From positions 1,191,015 through 1,255,014 of the forward strand of contig MU054049.1 in NCBI GenBank assembly GCA_013239625.1: a stretch of DNA of 64,000 nucleotides, read 5' to 3'. Of the stretch, positions 50,348 through 62,708 are shown one piece after another. The notes under the pieces are model-generated. The model did not search any database and was not told the DNA's origin. It saw nothing but the letters and a program-made list of their open reading frames with translations. Within the stretch, counting starts at the first letter, position 1, and each line of letters starts with the position of its first letter. Both the position numbers and the translations under genes were made by a program. Origin of the DNA: Lama guanicoe. Its lineage: Eukaryota.

Positions 50348-51065
50348 CCATTATGGAAAACAGTATGGACATTCCTTAAAAAATTGAAAACAGACTTACC
50401 CTATGATCTAGCAAATCCTATTCCTGGGCATATATCTGGAAGGAACTCTAATTCAAAAAGATACATGCACCCCAGTGTTCATAGCAGCACTATTTACAAC
50501 AGCCAAGACATGGAAACAACCATTGACAGATGACTGTCCATTGACAGATGACTGGATAAAGAAGTTGTGGTATATTCATACAAGGGAATACTACTCAGCC
50601 ATAACAAAGAATAAAATACTGCCATTTGCAGCAACATGGATGAACTTGGAGACCATCATTCTAAGTGAAGTAATCCTAACAGAGAAAGATAAATACCATA
50701 TGATATCACTCATATGTGGAATCTAAAACAGAGACACAAATGAGCTTATTTACAAAACATGAACAGGATCACAGACATAGAGAACAAACTTGTGGTTGCC
50801 AGTTGGGGAAGGGGGTGGAAAGGTATAAACTGGGAGGTCAAGATTTGCAGATAATAAATACTATATACAAAATAGACAAGCAACAAGTCTATTTATACTG
50901 CATAGCACAGGGTAACTATATTCAATATCTTGTAATAACCTATAAAAAAGAATATGGAAATGAATATATGTATGTATATGTATGACTGAAACTTTATGCT
51001 GTGCACCAGAAACTGGTGCCACATTGTAAACTGATCATACTTCAATAAACAAACAAACAACAACA
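50348..51065 (+). mobile_element. Young L1 3' end nested in an older L1ME-like fragment
   Basis: ORF2 C-terminal translation ([16 protein letters not shown]...ILPFAATWMNLETIILSEV), 3' UTR and (AAAC)n tail. Degenerate TSD aatagttaccgg / aacagtaactgg. Confidence 0.9.
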
Positions 51066-52179
51066 AACAGTAACTGGAAAGATAAATTGTGGTCCATCCA
51101 CATCATGGAATATGACTCCACCATTAAAATTACATTATGGAAGCACACGTAATAACACGGGGAAATGTGCACACTTCTTAGTGACATGAGAAAAGCCAGT
51201 CGCGAGACAGTATTTGAGGCATGAGCAGAATTAGGCGTTCATTTCTCTCTACATACGAATGAGCGGAAGGATTTACAGCGAAATGTTACGCCGGGGTGGA
51301 GATACTGCAAGTCATTTTCTTCTTTAATCCCTTTCGTATTTTTCCACATTTTCTCTAATTGAGCTATGTTTTTTCTGCAATAGAAGACAAGCAACACAGA
51401 GAAATCTGCAACAGGGAGATGCAAAGAGATCACGCCCCAGCCTTTCTTTTTACACCACAATGAGAACATTGCAAGAAGGGAGAACACAACAGTCCAGGGT
51501 CAAGGGCAGAGGGCGGGGGTAGCGTTAGAAAGAATTCCCAGGAGGAGTCCCCTTCTCCGGTGGCTAGTTGGAGAAACCCTGTAGGAAGAAGAGCAACGTG
51601 AGGATGTTAGGAAAGAGGAGCTACGGGGTAAGGCGGGAAAAGGCACTTGCTCCAAAACCACCCTGGGGGTCTCTATTCAACACTCCAACCCCAGTGAATT
51701 GACCCACAGAACTTTTCATCGTGCTGTTTGTTCTGGTTCTTGTTTTTCACACAGCAATGATTAACATGAGGTGGAGATTCAACAAAACACGGCTCCTGGA
51801 GAGAAACAAGGCAAATGGCTGGGACGGTTTCGCCCCCGCAGGCCAGAGCCTAGGCCTGTGCCCAGCCTGGCCCAGGGAGGACAGCAAGAGAGCCAGGCCT
51901 CCACATGCGCCACCCTCCAGCCCGTGGAGGACATGATCCAACCTGCACAAGCCCCTTACGTGCGGTTTCTTTTCCACCTCCTACGCATAGTCCCCTGAAG
52001 CCTAGGTGGAACATTCTAGAAGGGATGGTCATTACTTCCTAAGGTTTTGAGTCTTCCCCTCAGAGAACCAAGGCCCTGGCCAGAGGCCGAGGAAGGGTGA
52101 GGAAGCAGGAGACCCCGAGGCAAAGCCCGCACAGCCAGGGAAGCCCTGCTGAGCCCAGAGGTTAGGACGCTTCCGGGTG

Positions 52180-52412
52180 AGAGATCAGAGGGGTGTGGGG
52201 GGAGGCAGCCCCAGGCAGACAGACACAGGGACAGAGAGAAAACAGACAGTGGAGGGGAGAGGAGGAGGGGAAGAGAGACAGGGAGGAAGAGGAAAAAGAC
52301 ACAGGGATTTTGAGAAGAGAGAGGGAAGGGGAGGGAGGGGGGTAGACTGGAGGAGGGTGGCGGAGAGAGGAGAGGAGAAGGGAGGTGGAGGCAGAAGAAG
52401 TGGGGGAAAGAG
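52180..52412. repeat. Purine-rich (GA) low-complexity tract
   Basis: Long stretches of almost only G/A on the plus strand. Confidence 0.8.
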
Positions 52413-53793
52413 ATGATTTCCAGGGAAGTCTTACCAACGACCTCAGGTTTTTGCAGCACATATCCAAATTAATGTTCTAGAAGGAACCCAGCTTCAGTCA
52501 CTGAGAGCAGATGCACAGGAAATAATGGACTAGATGACAGTGCTCACTTGAATGCAGGGAACTTTTTTGTCTATTCAGATTGGCAGAGAGTCGGTACTGC
52601 CTGGAGATACAGCTCTAGCATATCCCAGGACATAAAAATTAAAAGGCCAAATATAAATCTTACGTTTCAGAGCCAAGTGACATTCAGAGTGGATTCCCTC
52701 CTCAGCCTTTGGTCAACCTATGTCTTTTTCTACTTTCTGTGCCAAAAGACATATTTATATTAACAGTCATTTGTTTCTTCAAATTAATTTGCTTAAGGAG
52801 AGAAAGTGCATGGCATTTCAGATAATACATCACTTTGTGCTTAAGAACATTAAAATAAGCAAACTCCAGAGACAAATGAAGTCGGACTATCCACGTAAAT
52901 TATTTACTTTATCATATAGGAGATTACAAATGCTCTTTCACAACTGAGTTTTATCCCTTCCAAAAAGCTTAGCCAAAAAACCTTTAATGTTATATGACAT
53001 GTATATAATAAAATTAGATTCTTTTTCATACTTGGGATCATCAGCTTTGCTTTGTGATTCTTCTGATCTTCCATCAAACCAAATTCAAGTTCAAAGCAAT
53101 CAAAAATGGAATTTTAGTACACAGTAGTACGTCTTATTAAAATTGTGAAAGGTATCTTCTTGAATAGAACATCAGAATAGAATGATAACCCTCAAACATG
53201 GTACTTAGTAGCTAAGATGTTCCAGAACACGGCCCACGCCTCCTATCTGTCTCCAGGAAGGGAGGGCTACCTCTGGTCCTCTGCCCACTTTCGGATGAAT
53301 TTCTCAGTGAGCTGCTGCCTGAGGCTTGGATCAATTCCTCTGGGTGATGGATCAGAGCCACCAGCCTGCCCTGCTCTGAGGCCTGGCCACTCCCATCAGG
53401 ACCTCCCAACGCGTGTCTCCTCCTCTGGGCGACTGCATCCCCCGCCCCCGCCACCACCAGGCAAAGCCACCAAGGCTGTGCAGACCTGAGCTGGAGACCA
53501 AGCACTGGTCCCATCTTTCAGCTGCGAAAGACGTTTTGCCCAGGGGCGGGCTGGGTGGCGTGGGGCCAGAAACTTGCTCCTTTCTGTCCTGGCTTCCACG
53601 TCGACAGTACATACCAGAGTCCATGTAAAGATCTATCCTCAGTCCCATGGCTTGACTCATACGGCCTTAGCCCGTGGAGGCCAAAAAGATGCACTTAGTA
53701 GAGCCATCCTGGGGGCCGCTGCCTGGTCAGCTGGAGGGAGGCCCACTGATCTGTCCCCTGCCACCTCTGCCCAGAGAGTGGACGCACTCTTAC

Positions 53794-54192
53794 CTCTCAT
53801 TTCTGTTGCCGAGGACCCATTGGACCAGGCCGTCCACTTATTTCTGTGCTTGCTGATTTCCTGGACTTTGCAGACGTAGTGTCCTTGATCTGCCGGCCGG
53901 AGGCTCAGGACGGACAGTGAGTACAGTGACCCGCGTCTCTCCTCCTGGAGGCGCAGCCTCTGCCGGTAGGAGCTGCGGCTGTAATTCCCGTAGTACTGCA
54001 CCGCCCGGAGCTTGGTCATCTTAACCATCAGGGCCTCCTGGGAGTCTGGGCGCGCGAAGAACCAGCGCACGGCCAGCAAGCTGTCCTTCCGCCTCTTCTG
54101 GGAGACATGGCAGAGAAGAGTGGCATTTTCCCCCTCCAGGTAGTCAACGACAGGCCCCGGGGACACGGTGACATTGAGGGCCCCGCAGACCT
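53794..54192 (-). CDS. VSTM4: VSTM4 exon 2 (399 nt), Ig V-set domain containing peptide Lv
   Basis: Pyrimidine tract plus ctctgcag| acceptor, donor G|GTAAGA. Translation has V-set hallmarks (ATLLC, VRWF, DQGHYVC) and N-glycosylation sequons NVT, NAT, NYS, NGS. Confidence 0.98.
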
Positions 54193-56697
54193 CTGCAGAG
54201 GAAAAAGAAGGAAGAAAGAAAATGAAGAAGGCCACTGCTTTTCCCCAGGTGGACCACAGGGCACCTTCTTTCCAGGAGCCAGGGTGATCTGCACCGCCAG
54301 AGAGGCTCCCCTGCCCCGCCCTGCCCCCTCCATGCTCACTCTGCTTCTTCAAGGAGCCTCCTCGGGGGTGGGGTGAACCTCTGTGGGCCCCTGTGTCCTC
54401 ATCCTATGACATGATCCTATTCACGTGAGATGCCACTGACCATCTAGCCCAGACACACTTTTAAAAAAATTTTTAATTAGGTACTGACATCAAAAATTCA
54501 GGAGATTTCACATAAAGATTTGGATTTGGGGAATATTTTAAAATTTTCCAGTTCACATTCAATCCCCCCCCCCACCCCAAGCTGCCTCCCCAAGGCCTGC
54601 TCTGATCACTTTCATCACCTCCTGAGTGGGCAATGCTGTGGCTCCAAGAGCTGCCTTTCTAAGCAGCTTTCCCTGTCTCAGGTCTTTCAACTGCAACCAG
54701 GGCAGGTTATCAGTACTGGTCAGATGGGTGTTAAACTAGTACCAGGGAGCTGTAATGACTGGGGTGCCTCAGTTTCTTGCTTTAAGTCTCTCTGGACCCT
54801 GATCCACAGCCTAAGAGTTGAAGTGCAGGAATAAAGAATGAATGAGCCCAAAAGCGGGGAGGGGTACAAGACTCTCTCAGCAACTCAAAAGATGCTCCAG
54901 GATTCCAGACCCAGGCTGCTACTTCCTGTCCTTTGGTTCCTTAGTTATGGATGCCCCTCCCTGGCCACCATGTTCCCTGAGCTGATTTTTGAGAGCGCCA
55001 CCCCCATGGCCACCCAAGAGCGGGCAAGCCCAGCCACTCTCGCAGAGGCCCTCTCCCAAGAGAGGTACTGCACGGTGTTTTCAGGGATGGTGCAGAGCGG
55101 CCATGCAACCCCGGATCTCACAGGTGAGCCTCCCCTGACAGGAGGAGCCCAGAAAGGACAGGATGCCCAGAGCTGCCTTCTGTCCAAGCAGGGCTGTCTT
55201 TTCACCAGGGCTCACATCCATCATCACCCCTGCACTGCCCAGTGCACGGCTCCAGGAGGCACCATTCCCTGCCCTCCCCACTGCACGAGCAGGTGCCCCC
55301 AAGGTCACCCCAAACTACAAATGGTCCCCAAACACCAGCTTCTGGTCACATGAAGGACTTGGGCCCCCATCTCAGAGTCACCCAAAGCTTTGAGCCCTGG
55401 TCAGTGCTGCGGGTGAGCAACGAGAGAGGATGAAAAGAGGAAAAGTTGGGATCCTCCACTGTGAAGAGACTGCAAGTCAACAAGGCGAGACCCTGCGTGC
55501 ACTGTGGAGGGAGTGTGGAGAGGGGGTGTCACATGAACCACATCCTTCATTGTGAAAATCCGGAGAGTAAGTTCACCCTCACGTATGGTCTCCACTGTTG
55601 ACTTAACAAATGAAACGTCTTGAGGGATATGACTTGAGGGTCAATTTCCGGTCATTTTCTTTCTCATCTCTTAGAAGCCAGGCCACCAGGACAGTCCAAG
55701 ATATTCCAAGATCCTTAACTTAATCACACCCACAAAGTGCCCTTTGCCGTATAAGGGGCCATTCACAGCTCGAGGGATCACGATGCAGACATCTTTGGGG
55801 GTCATTATTCGTTCTACTACATTGTGATAGTCTTTTGATAATGTAAAAAAAAATAGATGGAAGTCAAGTCAGAAGAAAGAGGACCGATGCTCACCTGGAT
55901 TCAGCTCCCTGTGGACAAAAATGAGGTCTTCTAGGTCTGCGGTAACAAAGGACAAAACCACCCAGAAAGCCACTCGGGGAAGGTGGGTCGACAGGTAACC
56001 AAGGAAGGCACCTGCTCCCCAGTAATGCACACAGGCCCAAAGAGGGGGAACTGTCCCCACCATCCGCCCTGCACCTCTCCCGCCCAGCCAGCATCAGGCC
56101 CATACATCCTATGAAATTGGTCCAAAAGCATTTTCCCCAAACTCAAGGGCCCCATCTGAAATCTACATGTGCCCCACGGCAGAGCCGGGGGCACCAGACT
56201 GACCCCCTCCAACAGCCGCCCGGGAGGCTCAGCGGGCGGAGAGCAGCAGAGACGGGGCAGCTGGCTTCCAGGACCTTAGTCCAGCTCTGCCCGCCCCTGA
56301 GGGCTCCCCACTGGAGGCAAGGAGAGCTGGGGAAGGCAGGAAATTGAAACAATATGGACAGGCTGGGAGCACAGCCTGGACCCCACACCCTCCCCGTCTC
56401 CTCCTATTAACGCTGCATGAAGGAGGGATTATTTATAGTGACTGAAACCAGGAGAACCTGCCAAGTGCTCCGGTCCCCGTGGGAGGCCAGATTCCATCCT
56501 GGAGGCAAACTCGTAACTCCTCCACTTCTGCATCGCAGGCCGAGTCAGCAGCTCCCACGAAGAGGGATGGACTGAACCATCTTCCCTGGACGAACCCTCG
56601 CTCTGGCTTTACCAGCACGCCTCTCGGCCTCCAGTCTGCCCCACATTCTCTTACCAGTAACCCAAGCACGTTTCCTCCGCTGAAGTACAAAGACCCT

Positions 56698-57085
56698 TAT
56701 TATGGGCTGAACGGTGCGCCCTACAAATTCGTATATTGAAGCCTTAATCCCCAGTACCTCAGAATGGGACTAGATTGGAGAAAGGGCCTTTAAAGAGATG
56801 ACGAAGTTAAAACGAGGTCCTTAGGGTGGACCCTAATCCAACATGATTGCTGTCCTCATAAGAAGAGGCGCTTAGGACACCGACGCAGGCAGAGAAAAGA
56901 CCACGTGAAGATCCAAGGAGAAGACGGCCATCTGCAAGCCAAGGAGAGAAGCCTCAGAAGACACCAACTCTGCCACTAGGTTGATCTCAGACTCCTGGCC
57001 TCCAGGACCAAGAAAAACAAAATTCTGCCGTCGAAGCCCCCTTGTCTGTGTCACTTTGTCATGGCAGCCTGAGCAGACCAGTACA
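56698..57085 (+). mobile_element. Full-length MaLR solo LTR (MLT1B/MLT1A0-like)
   Basis: tattatgggctgaa...agtacctcagaatg...gccatctgcaagccaaggagaga...atggcagcc...taca. 5-bp TSD-like flanks accct / accgt. Confidence 0.88.
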
Positions 57086-57959
57086 ACCGTGCTCACAGGA
57101 AGGCTCATTTCAGCCCCGATCCCGCCACCAGCCTTGAAATTTACACCTGCTTTCACATGAGGGTATACTGGGTGGGATGGAAATGGCGATTTGCAAGGGC
57201 TTCCCCTCGGGGGCTTTAAGCTTTGCTAGAGGACACAGGCTCTCAGGGGCTGTGGGTCCCAGTGCCCACAATGAGCATTCCCAGAAAGCCGGTGCCCCAG
57301 GCAATGCCCTCCCCTGGATCCTGGCAATGACCACCTTAAACCCCGGGAGCACAGCTCAGCTCGTGGGCACACAGTTGTGAGAGGCGAGGAGAAAATGCAG
57401 GTGGAGGCCCTGTGCCAGCCAGCAGGAGCCGGGCTGGATGTTCAGATGCTAGGAGAGAGCATCCCATGGCTCCTGACCCACCACAGTCATCGGGCCCCGC
57501 ACGGCTCAACAGAGAAAACACAGAGGGCTTGAGAGGCGGGAAGTGGAGGCGGGCTGACTAGAGTTCAGGGGCCAGGGGGTGTCCAGGCTCCTCCCTCCCT
57601 CCTGGGTCTCCTAAACAAAAGAGCATCCACACTCTGCAGGGTAGAGGAGCAGGGCAAGCAAGCATGGGCCACGCCAGCCACAAGTCGGGGGAGGCTGCAG
57701 GTCACTAGACCCTCCGATGTCAGATAAGGTGAGGGAGTCACCCCAGGCATGGCGGAGTCACCCCGGGCAGGGCAGAGTCTCCCACTTCATGGCCAAAGAG
57801 GGGGAAGTACAGAAGTTATTCTAAGCTGGAGAACTTAACTTCTTGCTTCCTAACCCTGCTTTGCAGGGAAATGAGGTTGGAAGTAGACCCTCCGCCCCGA
57901 CTAGTTGGACATCTCCACATTCAGCACTCTGCTTCCTCCAGCTTACACCCCAGCTCACA

Positions 57960-58320
57960 CCCCACTTAATCACTCAACAAAGAGATGTTGAGAACAGCCA
58001 TGAGCCAGACACTGTGGGAAGAAGAGGCATGTCTAACCTTGTGGAGCTGAGAGCCCACTAGGCAAGGCACTGGTCATCGGGAAAAAGACACAGGAGAATG
58101 TAACTACAAAAAGTGTCACACGCTACTAAAAAATGGTGCAGGGCTCATGAACACAAGGTGAGATCTGGATCTCATCTGTGAGGTCAGGGAAGAAAGAGAC
58201 CCTGGAGAGGTGACCTTGAACTGAAGGCTGAGTTGGAGTTTACGACATTAATTCAGGGAGACAGTTCTACATGTGCAAAGGCCCTGAGGCAGGAGGCACC
58301 TGGAGCAGGCTGGAAGTGGA
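57960..58320 (-). mobile_element. L2 3' fragment
   Basis: tcactcaacaaa...gagccagacactgt...gtgaccttgaactgaagg...catgtgcaaaggccctgaggcagga. Confidence 0.65.
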
Positions 58321-58844
58321 AAGATTAGTGGCCGCAGGTGAAATGCACCACACCATGGCCCAGGTGGCCACCTATGTCTGCCTACAGACCTCAGGAAAGG
58401 ACTTTGCACCCAAATCAGGGCCCCCAAGGCCAGCTCTTAAAGGAAGACTATAATAAAATGGGCAGGAAAGAGACTCACCCAAACAGAGGGTCAGGATTCC
58501 TGCTGCAGGGAACCTCATTCTTTCAACAAGCACAGGCCTGGGTTCTCCCCGGTGGGCTAGACACTGGGATGTTCAAGGCCCAGGGCCTTCCAGTGGTGTG
58601 GAGGGGCTGGGCGGAGAGCCAGGGGTTGGAATCCAACAAAGCCAGACTGGAAACCTGGTTCTGCTAGGAGCGAGGCCCTCAGAGCCTCAGTTTTCCTCAT
58701 CTCAAAAATTGGAAGACGATGACGCCTTGCATGCTAGGTTGAAGGCTCCAACAAGAAAATACCTTTAAAATACCTATAAAAGTTTGCAGGCTCTGAGAGC
58801 AGGGCAGGTGGGGATCATAGAAAGGGACACATACACACACTGAC

Positions 58845-59030
58845 CTGTGAGCTGGGTGGGATTTTGGGGGGTACAGTCTGCAATCACACGGGGCCCTATG
58901 CTTGGAGCCCCGCCGTCTCACCACTTGACTTAACCTCTGCTGTTGCTCTCTTAAAAGTTCAACAATTTTTAAATGAGGGGCCCCACATTTCCATTTTTCA
59001 CTGGTTCCCACAAATGATGTAGCTGGTTCT
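58845..59030. mobile_element. MER91-like hAT-Tip100 MITE
   Basis: gcaatcacacggggccc...ggggccccacatttccatttttcactggttcccacaaatgatgtagctggttctg. Confidence 0.65.
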
Positions 59031-59669
59031 GCCTATAAGTGAATATTAAGTTCCTGTGGATAAGATTTATGAGGTCTAATCCTCTTGTTCCCATTTAGAT
59101 AATGTCGTGAAAAGCACTAACAGCTCAGAAAAAAGCCTAAAACACACAGCCCTTCCCTCTCCCTCATCCCCGCCTCCTGCTTCACACTCATCATGAAAAC
59201 GAAGACAGCAACTTACAGGTACAAGTGGGTACAGAACTTCTAACAGAACAAGGCACCTGCGTGGCCTGGGATGCTGAGCTGGGCACGGCTGGGGTCCCTC
59301 TGTTCTGACCTGGCTAATGAGGTGCTGGTGGCTCTGTGCCTCACACTTCTCTGTCCTGATGAAACTGGCTCCACTCATTTCAGGGAGCCAAGAACCTCTA
59401 TGCTGACAAGGAATGAAAAATTGTGCGTACCAGTCAGCAGTGAAAATCTCATTCTTATGAGAGAGTCTGAATCCATGACAAATAAATCTCTGAAAGAAAT
59501 GCAGTTGTATTACTTAAAAACCCACGACACTAGGAGCCAGCATTTACTGAGCATCAAGCAAGCAGAGGTACAAGAACCAGACCCAGCCTTGAGGATAATG
59601 TGTTCATATTAAGCCCGTCACTTTAAAATAGCTCTTATCCAGGACGAACACACGGTTTTGATCAACGAT

Positions 59670-59890
59670 AAACACTAACATTTGATGGGTTTGGACTCCA
59701 GGACAAGTACTGTTCTAAACACCTGAGATGGATTTTCTCAATTTATCTTCATACTATGTTTAGTCCAATTTTACGGCAAGAAGACTGAGGCCCAGAGAGG
59801 CAAAGCCATTTGCTCAAGCTCACACAGCACGTGGCAGAGCTGGAATTTGGAACCTAGGCCATTTGGCATCAGAGACAACCCTCAACCACC
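59670..59890 (-). mobile_element. MIR SINE
   Basis: ccaattttacggcaagaagactgaggcccagagagg...gtggcagagctggaatttggaacctagg. Confidence 0.75.
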
Positions 59891-60307
59891 AATCTGGACT
59901 ATAGCTTGGCTTTGAGTAAATATTTCACCCCGTAGTTTACTTTTCTATAAAATGAAAGGTGGGACCAAGTAAGATCCAAGGCTCTGCTTCACCTCAAAAT
60001 GGAGAGGTAGAAAAGTGCAGCGGGTAAGGGTCCAGACTTAGGTATGAAGTGGTTCTGCCAGGCCGTCTCTTGGGGGATCGTGAGGAGGCGTTGTGGGTGA
60101 AACGCCAAGAAGAATGAGGGCACGTGGTAAGTTACAGCATCATTATTAGACAGGCTTGAGCACAGCCAAACTGGACCTTGAACGCTCCCCAATTCCAGCT
60201 CTCAAGGCTCCTGAGGTCCCCTGGAAACATGAGAATGTCCCCAATCCCCAAAATCCCCACTCTGGGGGCATCCTCTCTGACAGCACCTGTGATTAAGAAG
60301 GTAGTCA

Positions 60308-61327
60308 CACAAGGGCTTAATTTCCAGGATATATAAACAGCTCATACGACTCAATAACGAAAAAACACACAAGCCAACCTCAAAATGGGCAAAAGACCTA
60401 AACAAATGTTTCTCCAATGGAGACATACAAATGGCCAATAGGCACATGAAAAATGCTCAGTATTGCTAATTATCAGAGAAATGCAAATCAAACTACATTG
60501 AGGTATCACCTCACACGGGTCAGAATGGCCATCATGAAAAAGTCCACAAACCATAAAACCTGGAGAGGGTGTACAGAAAAGAGAACCCTCTTACACTGTT
60601 GGTGGGAATGTAATTTGTTGCAGCCATTATGGAAAACAGTATGGAGAGTCCTTAAAAAATTAAAAATAGACTCACCATAAGATCCAGCAATCCTATTCCT
60701 AGGCATGCATTTGAAGGAAACTCTAATTTGAAAAGATATATGCAGACCAATATTCATAGCAGCACTATTTACAACAGCCAAGACATGGAAACAACCTAAA
60801 TGTCCATCAACAGATGACAGGATAAAATTGTGATATACATACACCACATGTATATATAATGGAATACTACTCAGACATAAAAAAGAATAAAATAATGCCA
60901 TTTGTAGCAACATGGATGTACCTGGAGATTATCATACTAAGTGAAGTAAGTCAGACAGAGAAATAAAAATACCATATGATATCACTTATATGTGGAGTCT
61001 AGAAAAAGGACACAAATGAACTCATTTACAAAACAAACAGACTCATAAACAGAAAACAAACTTATGGTTACTGGGGGGAAAGGGGAGAGGGAGGGATAAA
61101 CTGGCAGTTTGGGATTTGCAGATACTAACTACTACATATAAAATACATAAACAGGTTTCTACAGTATAGTGTAGGGAACTGTATTCACTATCTTGTAGTA
61201 ACCTATAATGAGAAAAGGAATATGAAAACAAATATATGTATGTATATGTATGGCTGAAACATTACGCTGTACACCAGAAGTTAATATAACATTGTAAATA
61301 GACTATATCTCAATTAAAAAAAAAGAA
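60308..61327 (+). mobile_element. Young L1 3' ~1 kb (ORF2 end + 3' UTR + poly A) in intron 1
   Basis: ORF2-like frames ([19 protein letters not shown]...[24 protein letters not shown]). TSD aagaaggtagtca (60295-60307) / aagaaggtggtta (61328-61340). Confidence 0.93.
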
Positions 61328-61584
61328 AAGAAGGTGGTTATGGAGCTTGGGGGACAAAGACCCCTGTGTCCCCTTTGTACCTCACTAGGTGCTGGCTACC
61401 AGAGCTGCCCTGGCCCAACCATCTCAGTAAACCTCCAGTCGTTGTCAACCAAGATAGTGACAACTGTGAAAGGAGGAACATTTTCCAAAATGATGATTTA
61501 TTCGTTTTGGAAAACTGGTAGCCAGGGGACAACGGGTAAATTTCTTCCCCACGTGATCCAAGTCCCTCCCCCTCAGCCTGATCT

Positions 61585-61900
61585 AGGCTGGTTCAAATGC
61601 CAGCTCCACCATCTGGCAGCTGGGTCACCCTTGGAAAATTGCTTAACTCTGAGCATCAGCCCCCTTACTTACAAAACACAGGCAACACAGCCTAGCCAGT
61701 CGGGGCAGCCTAGAGCCAGGCTTCCTGGGTTCAAATCCCAGCTCCACCACTTAAACAAGCCTTGCAACTTAAAGGAAGTCGACTCATGAACCTGGCCTCA
61801 GTTTCCTCACCTATAAAATGGGGGTAATAATATTAGCACCTCCCTCAGAAGTTATTGGCAAGCTTAACTGAATTAATGTTTGCAAAGCACTGGGATATAT
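61585..61900 (+). mobile_element. Two MIR fragments
   Basis: ggttcaaatgccagctccacca...; cctgggttcaaatcccagctccaccactt...cctcagtttcctcacctataaaatggggg. Confidence 0.8.
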
Positions 61901-62708
61901 ATTTACTCTTGTCATCACTACATCCAAGCACTGTTGTGATTAAATGAGACAACCATGGCACCCAACAGGCATCCGAGAAATATGAGTACCATTGATATAT
62001 TCATTACTACTATTATTGTAGCCAGCACAGCCTTTTCAGCTGGGAAATAAAGACAAATCTTCAGCAACTTAGAAGAGAGAGCAGAAACCCCAAATGAAAG
62101 CCAGCAGTGTGGGCAGTGGCTGCTCTTAAAGCAGGGGGCTCTGATAAAGGGTCCCCAGCTACATCTAGCTGCGGACCCCCTGTCTCTCCAAGCCTGGTCA
62201 TCGCAAAAAGCCCACGAACAAGTCCCCGGACCCCAACCGCCGGCCGGCGCGGGTCCAGCCCCTTCGGACTGGGTCCTCCGACGAACTCCCCGAAGAGAGT
62301 TCAAGGGAAGTCGCTGCCCAGACTAACGTGCCAACAGCTGTCGGCGCTGGCTGTTGGGAAGAAAAAAGAAAACAAACCAACAACTAGGGCTCGCACGTTC
62401 CCGCTTCTATCTTCTAGCCGGCGGCCTGGCCCCTGGAGGGGCCCCGGGCTGCGGCAGGTCTCTGCGGAGCGCGAGGAAGGGGCGCCGCCGGCCCTGCCCG
62501 CCGCCCGCGCGTCCCGGACGCTCCGCAGGCGCCGTTGCGCCCCGCCGCCGGGGCGGCCCGGGCCGGGCCCACGGGAGGGGGCGGCCCGGAGGCGGCGGGG
62601 CCTCCCGGCCAGGCCCGAGCCCCGAGCCCCGAGCCCCGGCCTCCCCGGCGCCGGCCGCCCTCGCCCCAGCCGCGGGGTCCTCGAGCCGCCCGGGCCCCGC
62701 GCGCTTAC

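Noticed and set aside
54193..54352. Upstream extension of the exon 2 ORF (MKKQSEH...FFIFFLPSFSSA) that looks like a signal peptide
   Set aside because: The Phe/Ser/Leu run is the translated polypyrimidine tract, the start is not ATG, and the true exon 1 is at 62709+.
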